From the NCBI GenBank assembly GCA_965219385.1, contig CBDCNM010000002.1, positions 3,420,305 through 3,484,304 of the forward strand: a DNA stretch of 64,000 nt, written 5' to 3'. Shown here piece by piece: positions 49,142 through 61,437 of this stretch. Position 1 is the stretch's first letter. Each line of letters opens with the position of its first letter. Under the pieces are notes generated by a model. It saw nothing but the letters and a program-made list of their open reading frames with translations, did not search any database and was not told the DNA's origin. Origin of the DNA: Candidatus Latescibacterota bacterium. Its GTDB lineage: Bacteria > Latescibacterota > UBA2968 > UBA8231. A program made the translations under genes and the position numbers.

Positions 49142-50679
49142 GTGATCCTCTTGCACAACGGCACCCTTATCGACGGCTCCGGACAACCCGCAAAACACAC
49201 CTCGGTCTTGATCCACGATCATAAAATCCAGTCCGTCGCCCCCATAGACCCCGCACCCGGCATGGAGGTAGTTGATTGCTCGGGACTGGTGATCGCCCCC
49301 GGCTTTATCGACGTCCACAGTCACGCCGACCTGGAAGTTCTGGAACACCGCCCCGAAAAAGTGATGCAGGGCGTGACCACCGAAGTCGTGGGCAACTGCG
49401 GCTTTTCCCTCTTTCCCCAGTTGCCCACGGCATCCCTGGTGCCGGTTTTCGAAGTCTTTTCCCGGCGCGGGGACAGAGCATGGCAGGATGCCAGCGCTTA
49501 TTTCAACGATGTGGAAACCTCGGAAAGCCGCACCAATGTGGCGGCCCTGACCGGCCATTCCACCCTCAGAGCAGGTGTGTCAGGCATGCAGGCCGGAAGC
49601 CTGGACACGGCCGCTCTAAGAGAGGTGGAAAAACGCCTGGCCAGTTGTCTGGAACAAGGTTCGATCGGTCTTTCCACTGGCCTCAACGAAGTCCCCAGCA
49701 GCTACGGCGATTTTGCGGAACTGGTCCACCTGTGCCGCACAGTGCGGCAATACAATGCCTTCTACACCAGCCACCTGCGCGATTATAAGTTTCGCATCCT
49801 GGAGGCGGTGCAGGAGGCACTGGACCTGGGGCGCCACGCCCAGGTCCCGGTACAGCTTTCCCATCTACAGGCCGTCGGCCGCAAGAACTGGGATAAAATG
49901 GAGCCTGTGCTGGAGTTGATCGACCAGGCCCACGCCGATGGGGTGGATGTGGGCGTGGATGCTTACCCCTATCTGGCCGGCTCCTGCAACCTGACCCAGT
50001 TGCTGCCCATCTGGTCGCTGGAAGGCGGAACCCCCCGGTTGCTGCAACGGTTTGCCGAGGAAGACATTCGAAAGCAGATTGCCACGGAAACCGAAGGCTA
50101 CATGGCCAACACCTGGGAAGATATCCTGGTCGCCTCTCTGCCGGACCCGGACCAGCAGGACCTGATTGGCAAGACCATCCAGCAGGTGGCGGATGCTAGA
50201 GGCTGTCCGGGCGTGGATGCCGCCCTGGACTTGCTGCGCGAAAACCAGGGGCGGGTCATGATCGTATCCTTCAATCAATCCGAAGAAAATTTGCGCAAGG
50301 TCCTGACCCACCCTCTGACTTCCATCATCACCGACGGCCTGATGACCGAGGGCAAACCCCATCCCCGAACCTTTGGGACCTATCCTACTTTTCTGGGGAA
50401 TACGTCCGCGACAAGGGCTGGATGTCCCTGGAGGAGGCGATTCACAAGGCCACGGGATTGCCGGCGCAGCGTTTCCGCCTGCAAAACCGGGGACAGGTGC
50501 AGCCGGACTACTGGGCCGATATCGTCGTTTTCTCAGCTGAAAAAATCGGTACTCAAAGCAACTACGCGGACCCCGAGCACGTCCCGCAAGGCCTAGAGCA
50601 CGTGCTGGTAAACGGCGCCTGGGCAATCCGTCAGGGCCGCTTGGAGCCGTCCTTTTCGGGGCGGCCTTTGAGGCACTAG
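49142..50679 (+). pseudogene. N-acyl-D-amino-acid deacylase with a single frameshift
   Basis: PGFIDVHSH, GNCG, SHLR, SHL, YPY, PHPR.FG; one G short in GGGG 50395-50398, C-terminus continues in ORF 50422-50679. Confidence 0.85.
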
Positions 50680-50736
50680 TAGACGACCAGCTAAATTGGG
50701 CTGGCCGGCCTCAAAATCAACGCGGTCGCCTGCTAG
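50676..50736. mobile_element. MITE family B, copy 2
   Basis: CTAG-TAGACGACC...GGCCTCAAAATCAACGC-GGTCGCCTG-CTAG. Confidence 0.68.
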
Positions 50737-50739
50737 ATT

Positions 50740-50790
50740 CAGTACTTCACGAAATACCGCAAATGTATGAATTTCAAGGCCGGGAGGGAA
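50740..50790 (+). mobile_element. MITE family A left-end fragment
   Basis: CAGTACTTCACGAAATACCG...TCAAGGCCGGGAGGG. Confidence 0.7.
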
Positions 50791-50815
50791 TTTTGCGAAG
50801 GCTTCTGAGACTGCT

Positions 50816-51877
50816 TTACAACCGCGGCCAGCGCAAGTGCACCGGCAACATCTCGGGGAAGGGGGCGTGCGGCTCGGACTGGTACCAGTAGGCCACCGAA
50901 GCAATCTCGTCGGTGAGCGGCTCGTACTTGCGATTGGGCCACCACCCCAGCGCCTGGATCGTCACCTTGAGCGCCGCCTCGAAGCGGATCGGATCCATGA
51001 TGTGCCAGCGGTAGAGACCGTGCTTGGGCACCTTGCCCGCCTCCTTTTGCCACAGCGGGTACCCCAGATAGGCGGTGGAAAAGGTATCGCCAAAACCCCA
51101 GGCACCGCCGAAGTAATCCTCGGTGCCCGTCCCGCAAATGGTCGGAAATTCCCCGTCCCCATCCAGGTAGAATTTGATCTCCCCTTCCCCCCACCAGCCA
51201 TCCGAAAACTGCGTCCAGCCCAGCGCCGTGCCCACATAATGCCCCTTGCCCACGACCCCCTCCAGCAGGGTGTGTTCGGGCACTTCGCGCGTGGTCATGG
51301 CCTGGCCCCACTGGGCGTGAAGATACGCCGCCGACTCGGGCACCTCGTCCTCGGCATAGGTGATCTGATAGAAGAAGCCGCCTATATCTTCCCGGTGCTG
51401 ATTTTCGACCGTGATCCGGGCCCCCTGGCGGAAGGGCATGGGCCAGTAACAGTTGAACCCCCCGCTCGGGTTCACTGCCACCGGCAGGGAATCCACCCTG
51501 TAGCGCAGGCCGTGGGCATTGCAGAAGAAATCGCCCAGGGGGACCTCCACGGACGGCTCCTCTTCCCCATCCCAGTAAAACCGCAGCAGGCAGTCGCGGT
51601 AGGCACTGGGGGCCACCGTGATCCAGATGTGCTGGATTATGCCCGACCCCTCGATTGCCGCCAGGGTGGTGGTGGAACCCTGCTCCAGAGTAATACACGG
51701 ACGAATCTTCCAGCCCTGCCCCAGCATGGAGCCGGCTGCTTCCTCGGAAGGCTCGGCTCTGGCCCCCCCACCCTTTTCCCCGCGCGGATTTTCCGCACAG
51801 ATGGAGCGGGTCCGCGCCGTTGACAGTAAGGGCAGATTGCCCAGTCCAAGCCCCAATCCAGCAAAAGGCCGTTCCAT
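50816..51877 (-). CDS. DUF2961 / GH172 family glycoside hydrolase
   Basis: RSICAEN, HIWIT, VPLGDFF, YWPMPF, WWGEGEIKF, GTGTEDYF, YRWH..DP. Confidence 0.9.
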   Translation of the reverse strand: MERPFAGLGLGLGNLPLLSTARTRSICAENPRGEKGGGARAEPSEEAAGSMLGQGWKIRPCITLEQGSTTTLAAIEGSGIIQHIWITVAPSAYRDCLLRFYWDGEEEPSVEVPLGDFFCNAHGLRYRVDSLPVAVNPSGGFNCYWPMPFRQGARITVENQHREDIGGFFYQITYAEDEVPESAAYLHAQWGQAMTTREVPEHTLLEGVVGKGHYVGTALGWTQFSDGWWGEGEIKFYLDGDGEFPTICGTGTEDYFGGAWGFGDTFSTAYLGYPLWQKEAGKVPKHGLYRWHIMDPIRFEAALKVTIQALGWWPNRKYEPLTDEIASVAYWYQSEPHAPFPEMLPVHLRWPRL

Positions 51878-51897
51878 TATCGCTCCTTTTTCAACGC

Positions 51898-52887
51898 TCA
51901 ACGCTCGATCCGGACCGGGACACCCGTCCGGGCCGACTCCCAGGCCGCCTCGGTCAATTCGATGACCCGCAAGCCGCAAACCGGAGGCACCTGCACCTTG
52001 TCGCGCCCCAGGATAGCGTCCACGAAGTTGCGATCCGGGGTAGTGGCGCCAGGCAGGTCCGAAGGTTCAAAGATTTGGTTGGAAGTGCTTGTTTTATAAG
52101 AGATATGGCCGTTGCGCATGTAGACCACGGCTTTGGTCCCCCAGAGGGTGATATCCTCCCATATTCCGTCCGTAGGCGAATTGCCCACCACCGAAATATT
52201 GCCCATGGCCCCGCTCCTGAAACGCAGGGAAAGAGCCGAATTGATGTCCACCTCGGACTCAAAGTTCTCCATATAAGCCTGGATCTCCTCTACCTCCAGG
52301 CCGGTCATCCACAAAATGATGTCCAGCAGGTGACTGCCCGAATCGTTCAGCTGACCGCCCCCGGACAGGGCGAGTTGCTGCCTCCAGGAGCCCTGGGAAC
52401 CCAGGTACCATTTCTGATCCTGCAGGGCTGAGACAAACTGGATCTCGCCCAACTCGCCGGCCTGGATCTGGTTGCGTACATAGCGGAATTCCGGCGCCAG
52501 GTGGCGCTGATACGAGATCATCAAAATCTTGCCTTTTTCCTCGGACCTGGCGATGACCTGCCGGGCGTGTTCCACGGTGCACACCATGGGTTTTTCGGTC
52601 AGCACGTGCAGACCCTTGTCCAGGGACGCCATGATCTGTTCGAAGTGCAGGGTGTGGGGCGTGGAAATTTCCACCGCATCCATTTCCACCTGGTCCAGCA
52701 TCTGCCTGTAATCGCGAAAAACAGGCCGGTCCACCACTGCTCCATGCTGTTCTTTAACCCTTTCCAGGCTGGCCTCGCTCACATCGCACAGGCCCACTAC
52801 CTCGGTTTCGGATATCCCCAGTATCCGCCCGATGTGGCCGCCGGCATTGCCGCCGCAGCCGATGAATCCCACCCGGATCTTATCCAT
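51898..52887 (-). CDS. Gfo/Idh/MocA oxidoreductase
   Basis: IGCGG, TPHTLH, TEKPM, GGGQLNDSGSH. Confidence 0.92.
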   Translation of the reverse strand: MDKIRVGFIGCGGNAGGHIGRILGISETEVVGLCDVSEASLERVKEQHGAVVDRPVFRDYRQMLDQVEMDAVEISTPHTLHFEQIMASLDKGLHVLTEKPMVCTVEHARQVIARSEEKGKILMISYQRHLAPEFRYVRNQIQAGELGEIQFVSALQDQKWYLGSQGSWRQQLALSGGGQLNDSGSHLLDIILWMTGLEVEEIQAYMENFESEVDINSALSLRFRSGAMGNISVVGNSPTDGIWEDITLWGTKAVVYMRNGHISYKTSTSNQIFEPSDLPGATTPDRNFVDAILGRDKVQVPPVCGLRVIELTEAAWESARTGVPVRIER

Positions 52888-52959
52888 GTATAAAAGCGCT
52901 CCTTGGGTATAATTGTTGGGGTCGAGGTGACCCAGGATGACAATTCAACTCCTCAATAT

Positions 52960-53035
52960 CAGTCCTTCACGGAATCGGCGGGCGGCCGTGCGGGGCTTGA
53001 GGTCCAAATAGCTACGGGTATTTCGAGAATTACCG
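52960..53035 (-). mobile_element. MITE family A minimal 76-bp reverse copy with 5-bp target duplication AATAT
   Basis: CAGTCCTTCACGGAATCGGCGGGCGG...GGGTATTTCGAGAATTACCG; AATAT at 52955-52959 and 53036-53040. Confidence 0.75.
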
Positions 53036-53149
53036 AATATATCCCAGGCAATAACCTCCTGCAAGCAGAAACCTGAGAATTTGGTCGCCCGGCCCGATCC
53101 AGGTGAATATCTTTTAACTCTACGACGCGACCCGGACACAGATCCTACA

Positions 53150-55147
<1,998 letters not shown>

Positions 55148-56329
55148 CTAAACTAGCTTGACGACCTCTTCCTGAACCGGCGTCGTCACCACCGGCCCCT
55201 TGTCCGGATCCATGTAGATATTGATCTCCAGCCGCACCCCGAACTCGGGCAGATAAATTCCCGGCTCTACGGAAAATCCCGTACCCGGCGCCACCTCCCG
55301 GGTATCGTGGCTCTCCAGGTCATCCAGGTTCACGCCCAGGGCGTGTACCCGCGGACCGGGGCCCAGGCTGTGGCCGGTGGGGTGCGCGATATAGTCCCCG
55401 TACCCGGCCTGCTGGATGTGCGCGCGCGCCACCACGTCCAGTTCCCAGCCCTGTAGCCTTTCCCCGGCTTCCCAGCTTTTCCGCAGGCGCTCTACCACGC
55501 CATCCCGGGCCCCCTTGACGATGTCGAACACCTGCTGATGCCGCTCCGGTACTGCCATACTGGTGCATCCCACCCAGGTGATATCCCCGAACACCTGATG
55601 TTCCCCCGGGTGCCGGGCCCACAGATCGACCAGCACCCAGTCTTCGCGTTCTATGGTGGTTGCGCTCGAATCCGCTCCAGGCTGGTAGTGGGGATTGCCG
55701 CTGTTGGCGTTTACCCCCACGATCGGCCGGTGGTCCATCTCCAGGTCGCGGCGGACAAACTCCTGGACGATGAACTCCTGGACCTCGTACTCGGTCGGGT
55801 TGGCGGCCTCTTGCAGGCGCTGGCGTATGTATTCAAAAGCCGCATCCTTGACCTGGTCCACCTCTCGACAGGCACTCAAGTGGGATTCGAGCGCGGTCGG
55901 ACTCCAGTTATTCAGCGCCACCTGGAGAAGATCCGCCGACGACACCACCTCCACACCAAAGGACTTCATCATTTCCAGGGTGCCCCCGTCGACCCAGGAA
56001 AGAGTGGGCAGGGCGGCCAGCGGCGAATACTCCATGGCCACCTTGAAACGGCCGCGCAGGGCCGCCTTCAAACATTCCTGCATCTGCGGCCAGCTCACGT
56101 AGGTCTGGAGAGACAACCCCACATCCTCGAAAAGATGTCGTTCGATTGCGTGCGTCAGGATACGGGGCTCTCCTCGGGCCGGGATCAGCAAAAAGCTCCG
56201 GCGCGTCGTCGTCCGGGGAGCACCGAGCAGCTGCCACAGGACGGGATTGCCGCCGCGAAAATCGTACACCACCCAGGCATCAATGCCGTTTTCCCGCATG
56301 TAGGCCTGGGCCGGATTCACCTTGAACAT
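55148..56329 (-). CDS. M24 (Xaa-Pro aminopeptidase family) peptidase
   Basis: NPHY, LVDLW, GDIT, HPTGHSLG, SVEPGIY, GVRLE. Confidence 0.9.
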   Translation of the reverse strand: MFKVNPAQAYMRENGIDAWVVYDFRGGNPVLWQLLGAPRTTTRRSFLLIPARGEPRILTHAIERHLFEDVGLSLQTYVSWPQMQECLKAALRGRFKVAMEYSPLAALPTLSWVDGGTLEMMKSFGVEVVSSADLLQVALNNWSPTALESHLSACREVDQVKDAAFEYIRQRLQEAANPTEYEVQEFIVQEFVRRDLEMDHRPIVGVNANSGNPHYQPGADSSATTIEREDWVLVDLWARHPGEHQVFGDITWVGCTSMAVPERHQQVFDIVKGARDGVVERLRKSWEAGERLQGWELDVVARAHIQQAGYGDYIAHPTGHSLGPGPRVHALGVNLDDLESHDTREVAPGTGFSVEPGIYLPEFGVRLEINIYMDPDKGPVVTTPVQEEVVKLV

Positions 56330-59112
56330 TCCGATTCTCCTATTCGCTCTTCCTCGAAGTACTGCCGCAGAAAACGCCCGGTCCAGGATTGCGTCACCCG
56401 GGCGATCTCCCGGGGTGTCCCCAGGGCCACGACCTGTCCACCCTCTTCGCCCCCCTCCGGCCCCAGGTCGATCACGTAATCACAGGTCGCGATCAACTCG
56501 AGGTGGTGCTCTACCACTACCACGGTATTGCCCTGATCCACCAGGCGCTGCAGCAACTCCAGCAGAAACCGCACATCTTCCAGGTGGAGCCCCGTGGTCG
56601 GCTCGTCCAGGATGTACAGGGTACGGCGGCCCTGCGGACGACTCAACTCGGTGGCCAGCTTTACCCGCTGGGCTTCGCCCCCCGAGAAGCTGCTGGCCGG
56701 CTGTCCCAGGTGCAGGTAGCCCAGGCCCACCTCCTCGAGGGTCCTCAAGCGGCGCGCCAGTTCGGGGTGGGCGGCGAAAAATTCCAGGGCCTGGTTCACG
56801 CTCAATTCCAGGACTTCGGCCATGGTCTTGTCGCGATAGCGGATGTCCAGGACCTCGCCTTTGTAGCGGCGTCCGCCGCAGGCCGTGCAGATCACCTCCA
56901 GGTCTTCGAAGATCCGCTGCTCCACCATACCGATCCCCCTGCCATTGCACTCCGGGCAGGCGCCTTCCGGTGCGTTGAAACTGAAGTGACCTGGTTTGTA
57001 GGCGCGCAGACGGGCTTCGGGCAATTCCGCGTACAGCCGTCGCATGTGGCCCAGTAGCCCCGTATAGGTCGCGGCATTGGAACGCGGGGTGCGCCCAATG
57101 GGCTTCTGATCCACGGCCACCACCCGTTCCAGGTGCTCCAGACCGCTCCAGGCGCCGCAGGCCAACGGAGCGCGTTCCCCCTGTTGCAAATGCGCTGCCA
57201 GGAGGGGGTGCAGGGTCTGGCTGACCAGACTGCTCTTGCCCGATCCCGATACCCCGGTGACGCAGACCAGGTTGCCCAGAGGAAAGGAGACCGAAATATT
57301 CTTCAGGTTGTGTCCCCTCAGTCCTTCAAGGTGCAGCCATCCCCCGACGCCGGTCTGGCGCTGCATCCCGGCATCCAGCTTCAGGGCACCTCCCAGATAA
57401 CGCCCGGTTGTGGAACCTCCTACCTCCACTTCGCGGGGCGTGCCCTGGGCCACGATCCGTCCCCCGTGGATGCCGGCCCCGGGCCCCAGATCCACCACAT
57501 AATCGGCATTTTTGATCAGGGTGCGGTCGTGTTCGACCACCAGTAAGGTATTGCCGGCATCGCGCAATGCGCGCAGGGCCTCTAGCAGGCGGATCACATC
57601 CCGGGCGTGTAGTCCCACGCTGGGTTCGTCGAGCACGTAGAGCACCTGGGTCAGCCCCGAACCCAGGGCCGTGGCCAGACGCAGACGCTGGAATTCGCCG
57701 CTGGACAGCGAATCGGTCCCACGGTCCAGACCCAGGTACCCCAGTCCCAGGTCTTTCATGACGTTGAAGCTCCGCTGGATATGGGCACCGATGGTCTTGC
57801 CGATGGCTGCTCTGGGTCCCTCGAAGGACAAATCGGCGAACAAAGCCGCCGCCTTCTCTATGGAGAGTGCCGTCAGCGAGGTGATGGCGTGCCCGTCGAT
57901 CTCTACCGCCCGGGCTTCCGCTACCAGACGCGTCCCCTCGCACACCGGACAGGGGGTATCCCCCAGGCGCTCTTCCAGCCAGGCCAACTCCGCGTCTTCG
58001 GCCCTGGCCCGCAGGCGTTCCAGCCAGCGGTTCAATCCGATAAAGCCGCCCCGCCGCCGCGGTCCACTCCACAGCCTGGAGGTTATTTCTCGCGGCCACT
58101 GGCCCACTGGAACATCTGGATCCACTCCGTTCCTCTGGCAAAAATTGTGGAGTTTCTGACGCAATTCCCAATGTCCAAGCTCCTGCCACAAAGCTCCAAG
58201 AGCCTCTTCAATCGTGGCCTGCCCCCGAGCGAATATCTGATCGAGACCAAGGCCGCTCTGGATCCCCAAGCCACGGCAGTTCGGGCAGGCGCCCTGGGAG
58301 CTGTTGAAGGAGAACAGCGCCGGCGCCAGCGGACGAAAAGGCGTGCCGCAAGCAGAACAACTCGGCCGCACCGAAAACGCCATATCGCCTCCGCCCTCCA
58401 GCGGTACCAGAATGACCTGGCCCTCGCCCAGTTCTATGGCGGCCTGGAGCGATCCCTTCAAACGCCGCCTGGTACCCGGCTTGATCACCAGACGGTCCAC
58501 GACCACCTCAGGCCGCTGTTTCCTGGTGATATCCTTTTCGATTTCCTCTACCAGTACCACCTCGCCATCCACCCGCACCCGTCGATACCCGGCCCGGTCA
58601 ACCCAGTCCAGAAACGCGGCGCTGTCCTCCCCCTCGGCCAGCCTCCGGGGCGCCAGCACCAGCAATTTTGTGCCCTCGGACAAACCCGCCGCCGTCTCCC
58701 AGACTTCCTCGAAGCGCTGCGCCAGGACCGGTGCCCCGCACTGCAGACAGTGGGGCTTGCCCATACGGGCGAAAAGCAGACGCAAATAATCGTATATCCC
58801 CGCCAGCGTGGCCACGGTCGAACGGGGATTCTGGCGGACCCGGCCCTGCCCGATGGCGACCCCGGGGAACAGCCCTTCCATATGGCGGATCCTGGGGGCC
58901 TTGAGTCGTTGCACCAATCCCTTGCCCGTCCGCTCCACGGTTGCCAGATAGCGACGACGCGCTTCGGCATACACCGTGTCAAAGGCCAGAGAGGTCTTGC
59001 CGGATCCAGAAATTCCGCTGATTACAATCAGCTGGCCGTGGGGCAGATCAACGTCCAGATCCTGCAGATTGTGCTCGCTGGCACCACGGATGGCGATAGC
59101 CTTGACATCCAT
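56317..59112 (-). CDS. uvrA: Excinuclease ABC subunit A
   Basis: GASEHNL, GISGSGKT, FSFNS..GAC, LDEPS, GVSGSGKS, IGRTPRSN, SGGEAQR, Zn fingers. Confidence 0.93.
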   Translation of the reverse strand: MDVKAIAIRGASEHNLQDLDVDLPHGQLIVISGISGSGKTSLAFDTVYAEARRRYLATVERTGKGLVQRLKAPRIRHMEGLFPGVAIGQGRVRQNPRSTVATLAGIYDYLRLLFARMGKPHCLQCGAPVLAQRFEEVWETAAGLSEGTKLLVLAPRRLAEGEDSAAFLDWVDRAGYRRVRVDGEVVLVEEIEKDITRKQRPEVVVDRLVIKPGTRRRLKGSLQAAIELGEGQVILVPLEGGGDMAFSVRPSCSACGTPFRPLAPALFSFNSSQGACPNCRGLGIQSGLGLDQIFARGQATIEEALGALWQELGHWELRQKLHNFCQRNGVDPDVPVGQWPREITSRLWSGPRRRGGFIGLNRWLERLRARAEDAELAWLEERLGDTPCPVCEGTRLVAEARAVEIDGHAITSLTALSIEKAAALFADLSFEGPRAAIGKTIGAHIQRSFNVMKDLGLGYLGLDRGTDSLSSGEFQRLRLATALGSGLTQVLYVLDEPSVGLHARDVIRLLEALRALRDAGNTLLVVEHDRTLIKNADYVVDLGPGAGIHGGRIVAQGTPREVEVGGSTTGRYLGGALKLDAGMQRQTGVGGWLHLEGLRGHNLKNISVSFPLGNLVCVTGVSGSGKSSLVSQTLHPLLAAHLQQGERAPLACGAWSGLEHLERVVAVDQKPIGRTPRSNAATYTGLLGHMRRLYAELPEARLRAYKPGHFSFNAPEGACPECNGRGIGMVEQRIFEDLEVICTACGGRRYKGEVLDIRYRDKTMAEVLELSVNQALEFFAAHPELARRLRTLEEVGLGYLHLGQPASSFSGGEAQRVKLATELSRPQGRRTLYILDEPTTGLHLEDVRFLLELLQRLVDQGNTVVVVEHHLELIATCDYVIDLGPEGGEEGGQVVALGTPREIARVTQSWTGRFLRQYFEEERIGESECSR

Positions 59113-59125
59113 TCAGGCAGTCCTA

Positions 59126-59154
59126 TTGACAGGCTCAGTGTCTTTGCTTATCCT
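59126..59154 (+). promoter_or_regulatory. Putative sigma70 promoter for the LarA-domain gene
   Basis: TTGACA 59126-59131, 17 bp spacer, TATCCT 59149-59154. Confidence 0.45.
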
Positions 59155-59239
59155 TTCAAGCCGGTTATACTCTTCCAAAAATCGCGGTTTGTCAAATCCT
59201 TGCCTCATTCCTTGAAATCTGTCCAGGTCGTAAGCAATC

Positions 59240-60646
59240 ATGCCGGTTTTACCCCTGCGTTCCAAAGCCTGGTTCGGGGATGAGGAGTCGGAGCTTAGCA
59301 TTCCTGCCAACTGGGCAGTGACCACCCTCCCCCCCGCGGATTCGAGCGCCATCCCCGACCACGCGCTGGCTGCAACCCTGCAGAATACGTATGGTTCGCC
59401 CCCCTTGAATGAACTCGCGCGCCAAAAGTCCAATGCCCTCATCGTGGTGGACGAATTGACCCGCCCTGCCCCCACAGCCCGTATCATCCCCCATCTCTTG
59501 AAGGCCCTGATCCAGGCCGGCATGGTTCCCTCCGAGATCTCCTTTCTAATCGCCACCGGTTCGCACCGTCCTATAACCAGAGCCGAAGCAGAAAAAAAAC
59601 TGGGAAAGGATGTGGTTGCCCGTTTCCCCGTTGCCAATCACGATGCTTTCGGTTCAGATCTGCAGCAGCGCGGCAAGCTGTCTTCTGGAATGCCCCTGAT
59701 CGTAAACAGGCAGGTAGCAGAGGCAAGTTGGGTTATAGGGATAAGCAGCGTCTTGCCTCATTCTTCGACTGGTTTTTCCGGCGGGGGCAAACTGATATTA
59801 CCAGGTACCGCCGGTTTGCTGAGCATTGCCCACCTACACAGCTTTGAGCTCAGAAGGCCGCGTGGGGCGCTGGAACGCACCGGCAACCAGCACGACGCGC
59901 GCGATACCATCAATGCTTTTGCCCAACGAGCGGGGTTGGACTTCAGCATCAATGTGGTGGTGAATTCGAAGCGGGAAATAGCCGGCATTTTCTGTGGAAG
60001 CCTCGTCGACGCCCATAGAGAGGCTGCCATTTTTGCGCGCAATATATACCGCACGGAGGTTCCTCGGGACGTATTCGACAATACGAACCTGCTCCTTTTG
60101 AACGCCTATCCCCTGGATGCGGATGCCACCCAGACCTCCAAAGCCCTGTGGCCCCAAGCCTTGTTTCCGGGGTCTCGGTGTATCCTTTTCAACGCTGCCA
60201 GTGCTGGTTTTACCTACCACGGATGGAGCAATTTTCAACGCGCTTCCATACTCAGACTCTTGTGGGGTAGTACCGGCCTTCTGGCCAGCCGCCGCCGGTG
60301 TCCCGAGTTTATAGGCCGGGTTTTGCGTTCCCCGGCGATTCGGGCCGCGGGGAATTGGCACTTTCGCCGCCTTATCGCTAAGACAATCCCCGGCTACCAC
60401 TGGTCGTCAGTCCAGGCCCAAGCCCACCCCAGGGGCGGTTTGGCTGCGAAGATAATGGCTGACAAACCGCCCATTACAGTCTGCTCTGCTGCTTATCCCA
60501 GAACAAAAGTAAAGCAGCACTTCCCCAGAGGAGTCCTATTCTCGAGTTGGGAAGAGGTCCGCAAATCCGATCTCTTCCGGGAACCCGAGGGCAGATTGAC
60601 CTTTTTTCCATGCGCTCCCCTGCAACTTCCCCTATACTCAAGTTGA
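59240..60646 (+). CDS. Lactate racemase (LarA/DUF2088) domain protein
   Basis: DELTRP, ATGSHR, NHD, PH..GFSGGGKLILPG, IAHLH. Confidence 0.85.
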   Translation: MPVLPLRSKAWFGDEESELSIPANWAVTTLPPADSSAIPDHALAATLQNTYGSPPLNELARQKSNALIVVDELTRPAPTARIIPHLLKALIQAGMVPSEISFLIATGSHRPITRAEAEKKLGKDVVARFPVANHDAFGSDLQQRGKLSSGMPLIVNRQVAEASWVIGISSVLPHSSTGFSGGGKLILPGTAGLLSIAHLHSFELRRPRGALERTGNQHDARDTINAFAQRAGLDFSINVVVNSKREIAGIFCGSLVDAHREAAIFARNIYRTEVPRDVFDNTNLLLLNAYPLDADATQTSKALWPQALFPGSRCILFNAASAGFTYHGWSNFQRASILRLLWGSTGLLASRRRCPEFIGRVLRSPAIRAAGNWHFRRLIAKTIPGYHWSSVQAQAHPRGGLAAKIMADKPPITVCSAAYPRTKVKQHFPRGVLFSSWEEVRKSDLFREPEGRLTFFPCAPLQLPLYSS

Positions 60647-60709
60647 CTGGATCCTCCAGATGAGAGCGGCCAATTCTTGCGCTCCAAATCCCATTGAGGG
60701 GACCTGACT

Positions 60710-61429
60710 ATGCGGGCTATTATCCTGGCGGCAGGAAGGGGAACGCGCCTGAATCCTCTGACCGATGACTGCCCCAAATGTCTCCTCCCGCTCGGCAATT
60801 CCAAAGTACTGCTCGACTACCAGATCGAGGCGTTGCGCAGGGTTGGGATTGAAGATATTGTGCTGGTCGTCGGCTATTGCAGCGAACGGATTCGAGGCTA
60901 CTATGGTTCGTCTCTGCGCTATGTCGACAATCCGGATTTCCTCACCACCAATAGTATCTACTCGCTCTATATGGCCCGCCGCAAACTCGACACAGAGATC
61001 CTCCTTTTCAATTGTGATATCCTGTTCCATCCCGACATTCTGAGACGCATATTGAGCTCAGAATACCCCAATGTGGTCGCCGTGGATACCCGGATTGAGA
61101 GACTGAGTGGAGAAATGAATGTAGCCTTCGATCACCAGGGGTGTATTTCTACAATCAGCAAGGGGCTCAATCCCCTCGAGGCCCAGGCTCAAAGTGTGCA
61201 ATTAGTCAAATTCGATGCAGCCGGCGCGCAAACAGTGAAACTCGAGGTAGAAAGACTGATCACCCTCCGCAAGAAGAACCTTTTCCCGACTTCGTCTTAT
61301 GACCCACTCATCAAGGCCGGTCTCCTTTACGCAGTTGACACAGGTGGTCTGCCCTGGGCGGAAATAGACTCCCATAAAGATTATGAACGCACCGCCGAAC
61401 ACACCCTGCCGCTGGTGGAAGGCTTCTGA
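60710..61429 (+). CDS. Phosphocholine/phosphonate-type cytidylyltransferase (NTP transferase)
   Basis: ILAAGRGTRL, PKCLL, TNSIYSL, WAEIDS. Confidence 0.88.
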   Translation: MRAIILAAGRGTRLNPLTDDCPKCLLPLGNSKVLLDYQIEALRRVGIEDIVLVVGYCSERIRGYYGSSLRYVDNPDFLTTNSIYSLYMARRKLDTEILLFNCDILFHPDILRRILSSEYPNVVAVDTRIERLSGEMNVAFDHQGCISTISKGLNPLEAQAQSVQLVKFDAAGAQTVKLEVERLITLRKKNLFPTSSYDPLIKAGLLYAVDTGGLPWAEIDSHKDYERTAEHTLPLVEGF

Positions 61430-61437
61430 GGTCTTTT

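Noticed and set aside
59113..59239. LexA box upstream of uvrA
   Set aside because: No GAAC-N4-GTTC-like site visible, and the minus-strand TTGACA/TATAAC spacing is 20 bp.
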